From Cladosporium halotolerans (Eukaryota), in contig NW_027191491.1 of NCBI RefSeq assembly GCF_011745625.1, positions 124,001 to 177,764 of the forward strand: a stretch of 53,764 nucleotides of DNA, in the 5' to 3' direction. This document shows, piece by piece, positions 49,261 to 53,764 of the stretch (positions are counted from its first letter, which is position 1; every line of letters begins with the position of its first letter). The notes under the pieces were generated by a model. That model did not search any database and was not told the origin of the DNA. It worked only from the letters and a program-made list of their open reading frames with translations. The position numbers and the translations under genes are program-made.

Positions 49261-49957
49261 TATGACGGCGGCGCGCAGGTCGCCAGATGGCTTGCCTGCG
49301 GCGATTGGCATTGCCCCGCCGCGCACTGGCTGGGCCTGGTCGTCTGGCTGCGGGCCACCTCAGCCTCGCGACGCCCCAGGCTGCCTGAGCTCTCGTCAAG
49401 CTCGTCTCATCGCAATCGCCGTGAGCTCTGCCACGTCTGCCCCAGCTGCCCGCGTCGCGCTGCCTGCTGTCGGCCCCACCGCGCTACTGCCACCAACCGC
49501 CTGCAGCCCGCCCCAGAGACGCCAGCGACGCCCTCAGCGGTCTCACCCCGTCCGCGACCCGCGCTACCACGCTGCCTGTCTGCTGTAGCGGTGGCGACGG
49601 CCCTACTATCGCCAGTATTCTTCTCGCCTTCAATTCATGCGGCTGGGTGCAGTCAACCTGGACGTGCATAGCCGCATGCATTGCAGCTGTGAGGCGCTTT
49701 TGCTTTCCCTGCCAACCTTCACCAATCGGCCCTTTCCCCAAGCTGGAGGCGGGGTGTCAACAGCTCTCGGCCAGTGCTCAGGAACCATGATGCCATGCCA
49801 CTTGCGACACCGGAGGCGCATCCATCGGTCGCGACACTGATCTCGTGCTCTCTAGATAACACAGCTGATTGAGCCTCATCACTGTGTCGTCCGGCCATCG
49901 TCTCGTCTGGCACGAGACACCACCTTGTCAACACGTCCTGCATGTAGACGTTCCGTC

Positions 49958-51835
49958 ATGCCCGCCGTGACAGCCACCGTTTCGCCGCAGGCCCGGCGCT
50001 CGTACATCGCCATCTCATATATATTCCGAAGACACTTGAGCACTTCGATCAGGCGTCCCAGCACCTACAATCGATCGGATTTCACGAATCAACCGTATAC
50101 CGGTGTGTACGAGGCAGGCGGACCAACCGAAGGTCCTCTGCGCGATGCGAGCAACATTGGCGCTCCGCGCATCACTCCCACTCTTCTGAAGCAACATCTC
50201 GATCAATTCGTCGTGGGGCAAGAGCGCGCGAAGAAGACTCTCGCAACGGCAGTCTACAACCACTACCAGCGGATTCAAGAGTTGCAGCGCCGCGATGAGG
50301 AAGAGGAAGAGCTAGCCGCGCAGGAGGAACGGCGGCGGATGAGATACAGACACCCAGTCGAAGGTAAAGAGGGAGAGTTGAAACGAGGCATAGCCGTGCC
50401 CTCGCTGACTCAAGACTTCGAAGACGAGTTCCCAGGCCAGCAGGCGACAGTGCATGTCAACACCTGGCCGCCTGTAGACCAGCAAGCACCTAAGCAGCCG
50501 GAGCCGAGCGGCTTTCAGCCTTCTCCCTTGCTTGATCAGAGTCCTCTGACCATCGATAAGAGTAACATCCTGTTGTTGGGACCCTCCGGTGTTGGAAAGA
50601 CATTGATGGTCAAGACGCTTGCTCGGAGTCTACAAGTTCCTTTCTCCATCTCTGACTGCACCCCGTTTACCCAAGCTGGATATATTGGTGAAGATGCGGA
50701 CGTGTGCGTGCAACGGCTACTGGCAGCTGCCAACTACGATGTTGAGAAAGCCGAGCGTGGTATAATCTGCCTTGATGAGATCGACAAGATCGCGACGGCC
50801 AAGGTCAGCCATGGAAAGGATGTCAGCGGAGAGGGAGTGCAGCAATCACTGCTTAAGATCATCGAGGGCACGACGCTGCAAATCCAAGCCAAACAAGAGC
50901 GAGGCAGTGGAGGATCCAACAGAGGCGGTAACAGCTCAGGATATCCCACCAACAGCCCCTTGTCGAACAACAACATGGGACAGCAGAATTCAGGCGGCGC
51001 TCAGAAAGGCGAAGTCTACAACGTCAAGACGGACAACATCCTCTTCATCTGCGCCGGCGCCTTCAACGGCCTCCACAAGATGGTCCTCGACCGCATCAGC
51101 AAAGGCAGCATCGGCTTCGGCGCCACAGTCCGCGCAGCACCCGGCTCCTCCTCCTCCGACACAGCCGCGCACGAAACCCTCCTCGAAGGCGAAGACGAGC
51201 TCTTCGAGCAGCACCTCCCCTACTTCGCGCCCAGCAAGGACGCCAAATCCTCCAAGCGCACCTACAACACGCTCGACCTCGTCGAGCCCCAGGACCTGCA
51301 GAAGTACGGCCTCATCCCGGAGCTCGTCGGCCGCATCCCGCTCTCCTGCGCCCTCAGCAGCCTCGACATCGAAGCCCTCGTCAAAGTCCTCACCGAGCCC
51401 CGCAACAGCCTCCTCAAGCAGTACGAGCAGCTCTTCCACCTCTCCTCCATCGATCTGCGCTTCACCTCCCCCGCGCTCCGCGCCGTCGCCACCACCGCCT
51501 CCAAGATGGGCACCGGCGCCCGAGGCCTTCGCACCGTCATGGAGCGCTTGCTCGCCGACGCCATGTTCGAGACGCCCGGGTCGAGCATCAAGTTCGTCCT
51601 CGTCACCGAGGCCGTCGCCGAGAAGAAGGCCGGCGCGGTCTATTTTGGCCGCGGGCAGCAGGCCAAGTTCCAGGCGGCCATTGCGGCTGAAGAGGAGGAG
51701 TGGGAGGAGCGCAGGCGGAGGGAGGAGGGGAATGGCGAGAGCGAGATGGAGAAGAGAGCGAGGAATAATTCTCGTGGAGGCGCCGCGAGGACGTTCGAGG
51801 AGTATCGGGAGAAGGCTACGGCGGCGGGGTTTTAA
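49958..51835 (+). CDS. MCX1: Mitochondrial ClpX AAA+ unfoldase, ~605 aa, 2 exons (49958-50363, 50424-51835)
   Basis: Presequence-like N-terminus (FRRHLSTS). Motifs [61 protein letters not shown] and TGARGLR. The in-frame 60-nt intron reads gtaaag..ctgac..aag. Confidence 0.93.
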   Translation: MPAVTATVSPQARRSYIAISYIFRRHLSTSIRRPSTYNRSDFTNQPYTGVYEAGGPTEGPLRDASNIGAPRITPTLLKQHLDQFVVGQERAKKTLATAVYNHYQRIQELQRRDEEEEELAAQEERRRMRYRHPVEGKEGELKRGIAVPSLTQDFEDEFPGQQATVHVNTWPPVDQQAPKQPEPSGFQPSPLLDQSPLTIDKSNILLLGPSGVGKTLMVKTLARSLQVPFSISDCTPFTQAGYIGEDADVCVQRLLAAANYDVEKAERGIICLDEIDKIATAKVSHGKDVSGEGVQQSLLKIIEGTTLQIQAKQERGSGGSNRGGNSSGYPTNSPLSNNNMGQQNSGGAQKGEVYNVKTDNILFICAGAFNGLHKMVLDRISKGSIGFGATVRAAPGSSSSDTAAHETLLEGEDELFEQHLPYFAPSKDAKSSKRTYNTLDLVEPQDLQKYGLIPELVGRIPLSCALSSLDIEALVKVLTEPRNSLLKQYEQLFHLSSIDLRFTSPALRAVATTASKMGTGARGLRTVMERLLADAMFETPGSSIKFVLVTEAVAEKKAGAVYFGRGQQAKFQAAIAAEEEEWEERRRREEGNGESEMEKRARNNSRGGAARTFEEYREKATAAGF

Positions 51836-52262
51836 GGGAAGGGTGAAGTCGACTTGCCTCGTCGATCCAGACCAACGACCTCATAGGATTCCACTTCACG
51901 AGCAATCCGGATCTGCATCGCCGACGCCTTTGATTCCCACGAGTATCGTCCTCCTGACTGGAGACTGGAAGCATGAACGCCAATCCAGTAGCCCCCGTAA
52001 CAATTGGCCAACAAACGGAAACCCCTCGACGACGGCAATTATCCCTCCCATCGATACCACCACCGTCTCCTCCTCCCTCCCCAACTCCAACCACCACGAA
52101 CACCTCGACCCCCGGCCAAACCTCGGCTCAACTCGGAACCCGGCCCATCGACCCGAACGGTCCCGGAAAAAAACTCCTCCCATCGCCACCAACCCGCCCC
52201 CAACGCTCCCTAGGCTCTTAACCCTCGCCGCCGCCTCCCCTTCCCATCAATCAGAGACCCTT

Positions 52263-52407
52263 GCCGGGGTAGCTCAATCGGTAGAGCGTGTGGCTCTTAC
52301 ACAGCACCGGCGATTTTCACTCACGGGCCTCCGGCACGTGAGCATGCGTCTGGTGACGACAGAAGAGATCAACCTCAAGGTCGTGGGTTCGAGCCCCACC
52401 TTCGGCT
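52263..52407 (+). tRNA. tRNA-Lys(CUU) with a 72-nt intron (52300-52371)
   Basis: Acceptor stem GCCGGGG/CTTCGGC, D-arm/A-box TAGCTCAATCGGTAGAGC, anticodon CTT at 52296-52298, intron after A37, and T-arm/B-box GTGGGTTCGAGCCCCAC. Confidence 0.93.
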
Positions 52408-52433
52408 ATTCCTATTCTAAGCTCAATGAGACC

Positions 52434-52462
52434 TTTCTTTTTTGGTGTTTTTTTTTTTTTTT
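52434..52462 (+). terminator. Oligo(dT) tracts, probable RNA Pol III terminator of the tRNA gene
   Basis: T6 and ~T15 runs begin ~30 nt downstream of the tRNA 3' end. Confidence 0.7.
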
Positions 52463-53409
52463 GGATCGTTGGAGGCCACATGGGGGAGGCGAGGGGGGAA
52501 GGGTGGTGCGGGAGTGTGTTCTTTGGGACGTGGGGTGTCTGTTGAAGGTCACGGACGTTGGGGTTTTGATCACGGATTTTCCGGCCTAGGGACGGGATGC
52601 CTCGAATGAGGCGGGAGCATTCGATATTCGAATTATTGGTCGTTGTTGTGCGACATGCGGTGGGTGGGTGGACATCGTCGTTCCATAAGCACATCTACGC
52701 CTTTTTGAGATCGGAATTGAGTTTTGATACCATACCGTTCGAATACTCATGCTAATAGGTAGATAGATGTAGCCCGTACGATATGGAAGCTTTCGGTAAC
52801 CAAACGACATCTCTCTTCTTAGACGCTCATACTGTCCACACTGGGTACCAGACTCGCCGCTTCCGTTGTGGTACTGGCGTACACACGTCCAACAACGATC
52901 TCCGCAACGAAGAAGGGACACCGACATTAGCTTCTCTCACCATTTCCCTCCTCACTACTGCGGATTCGCGACATCTTCATCTCGAAATGCCGATCATGGG
53001 GCGTTTTGAGAGGGCGATAGAGCGGAGAGTTCTCCGGGGTAGGAACGGAGTTCGACGACGAGAGATGGAGATGAGGTGGTGTAGTTGGGTATTGTCCTCC
53101 AACCAGTCTCAGCTACAACAAACTCTTCGTACTTTGCAGATAGTCATTACCGCGCACGAGGTTTCCAATCCAGACAAGACGATCACCGGAATGGGATGTT
53201 ACCTCCCAACCACACAAAGAGTGGAACCATGGACCCCAACCCTAACCCTACCAGACCCATCCTGACTCGAATGTGTCAAGTATGATCACTCACTCCGATC
53301 CGAAAGCAGAGAATCACAAGAGAAACTCCACTCCATCCTCGAACCAAAACAGGCGCACCACCTCAACAACCCTCACAACGAAACCGCCCTTTCACCATCG
53401 ACACCCACC

Positions 53410-53715
53410 ATGCTCAGCGCCCTCACCCTCGCAGCTTTCCTCGCGCTGCTGTCCCCCCTACTGGAAGCAGACTGGTCCTGGGCGAATTTCTTCTGCGGCG
53501 CGGTCATCGCACACATCCTCGTCGGCCACTTCTACTTCAGCGAAGCCGTCAGCAAGACTTATCTGGAACCGAGATCTCCGGCTTCCAGTCCTGCGCGTGC
53601 TTGGGCAGATGTAGCGATCATCGACTTGTCGGGCGCGGCGTTTTTGGGGGCTTTTGGGACGCATCTTGGAGTGTTGTTGCCAAGGGTGGTTCGACGTGTG
53701 CGTCGTTCTTCGTGA
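53410..53715 (+). CDS. Hypothetical small membrane protein, 101 aa, 2-3 hydrophobic segments
   Basis: Strong start context ccaccATG, hydrophobic helices and a basic C-terminus. It shows the same C-rich to G/T-rich polarity as neighbouring genes. No family recognised. Confidence 0.5.
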   Translation: MLSALTLAAFLALLSPLLEADWSWANFFCGAVIAHILVGHFYFSEAVSKTYLEPRSPASSPARAWADVAIIDLSGAAFLGAFGTHLGVLLPRVVRRVRRSS

Positions 53716-53764
53716 TGGGGTGAGGGTTGGGGGTTTAATTTTTATTTCTATTTTTTTTGAGGGG

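Noticed and set aside
50772..52589. 605-aa alternative-frame ORF overlapping ClpX and running through the tRNA
   Set aside because: It is a Ser/Arg/Pro-rich off-frame product of C-rich codons and crosses a tRNA and its poly-T terminator.

Overview
Gene-dense, GC-rich, intron-containing DNA from a filamentous ascomycete; gene content and composition suggest a Dothideomycete, which is an inference. I resolved 23 protein-coding genes by hand from GT..branch(CTRAC)..AG splice signals. They are Rab11/Ypt31, a dynamin/SLIP-GC-like GTPase, a Myb+WD40 Raf1/DIM-9-like protein, NCE101, ATG8, tRNase Z, a secreted lactonase-like propeller, an HD hydrolase, RPN8, a SWIM/Sws1-like protein, a SesA/HeLo-like protein, a SWIRM protein, CDC50, an M43 metalloprotease, PMT2, an MFS sugar porter, GABA transaminase, a small HTH-like orphan, adenylate kinase, GST, glycogen branching enzyme, ClpX and a small membrane orphan. 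There is also one intron-containing tRNA-Lys(CUU). I saw no transposon, CRISPR array or biosynthetic cluster. The strongest signals concern translation: the sugar porter and tRNase Z each have a ~150-codon, stop-free, AUG-depleted N-terminal extension starting at a near-cognate codon in strong context (AUU and GUG). Also notable are two 1-nt frameshifts (possibly assembly errors), a C-rich-5'/G-rich-3' polarity within several genes, and a long structured tRNA intron. All family calls come from motif recognition; no database search was run.
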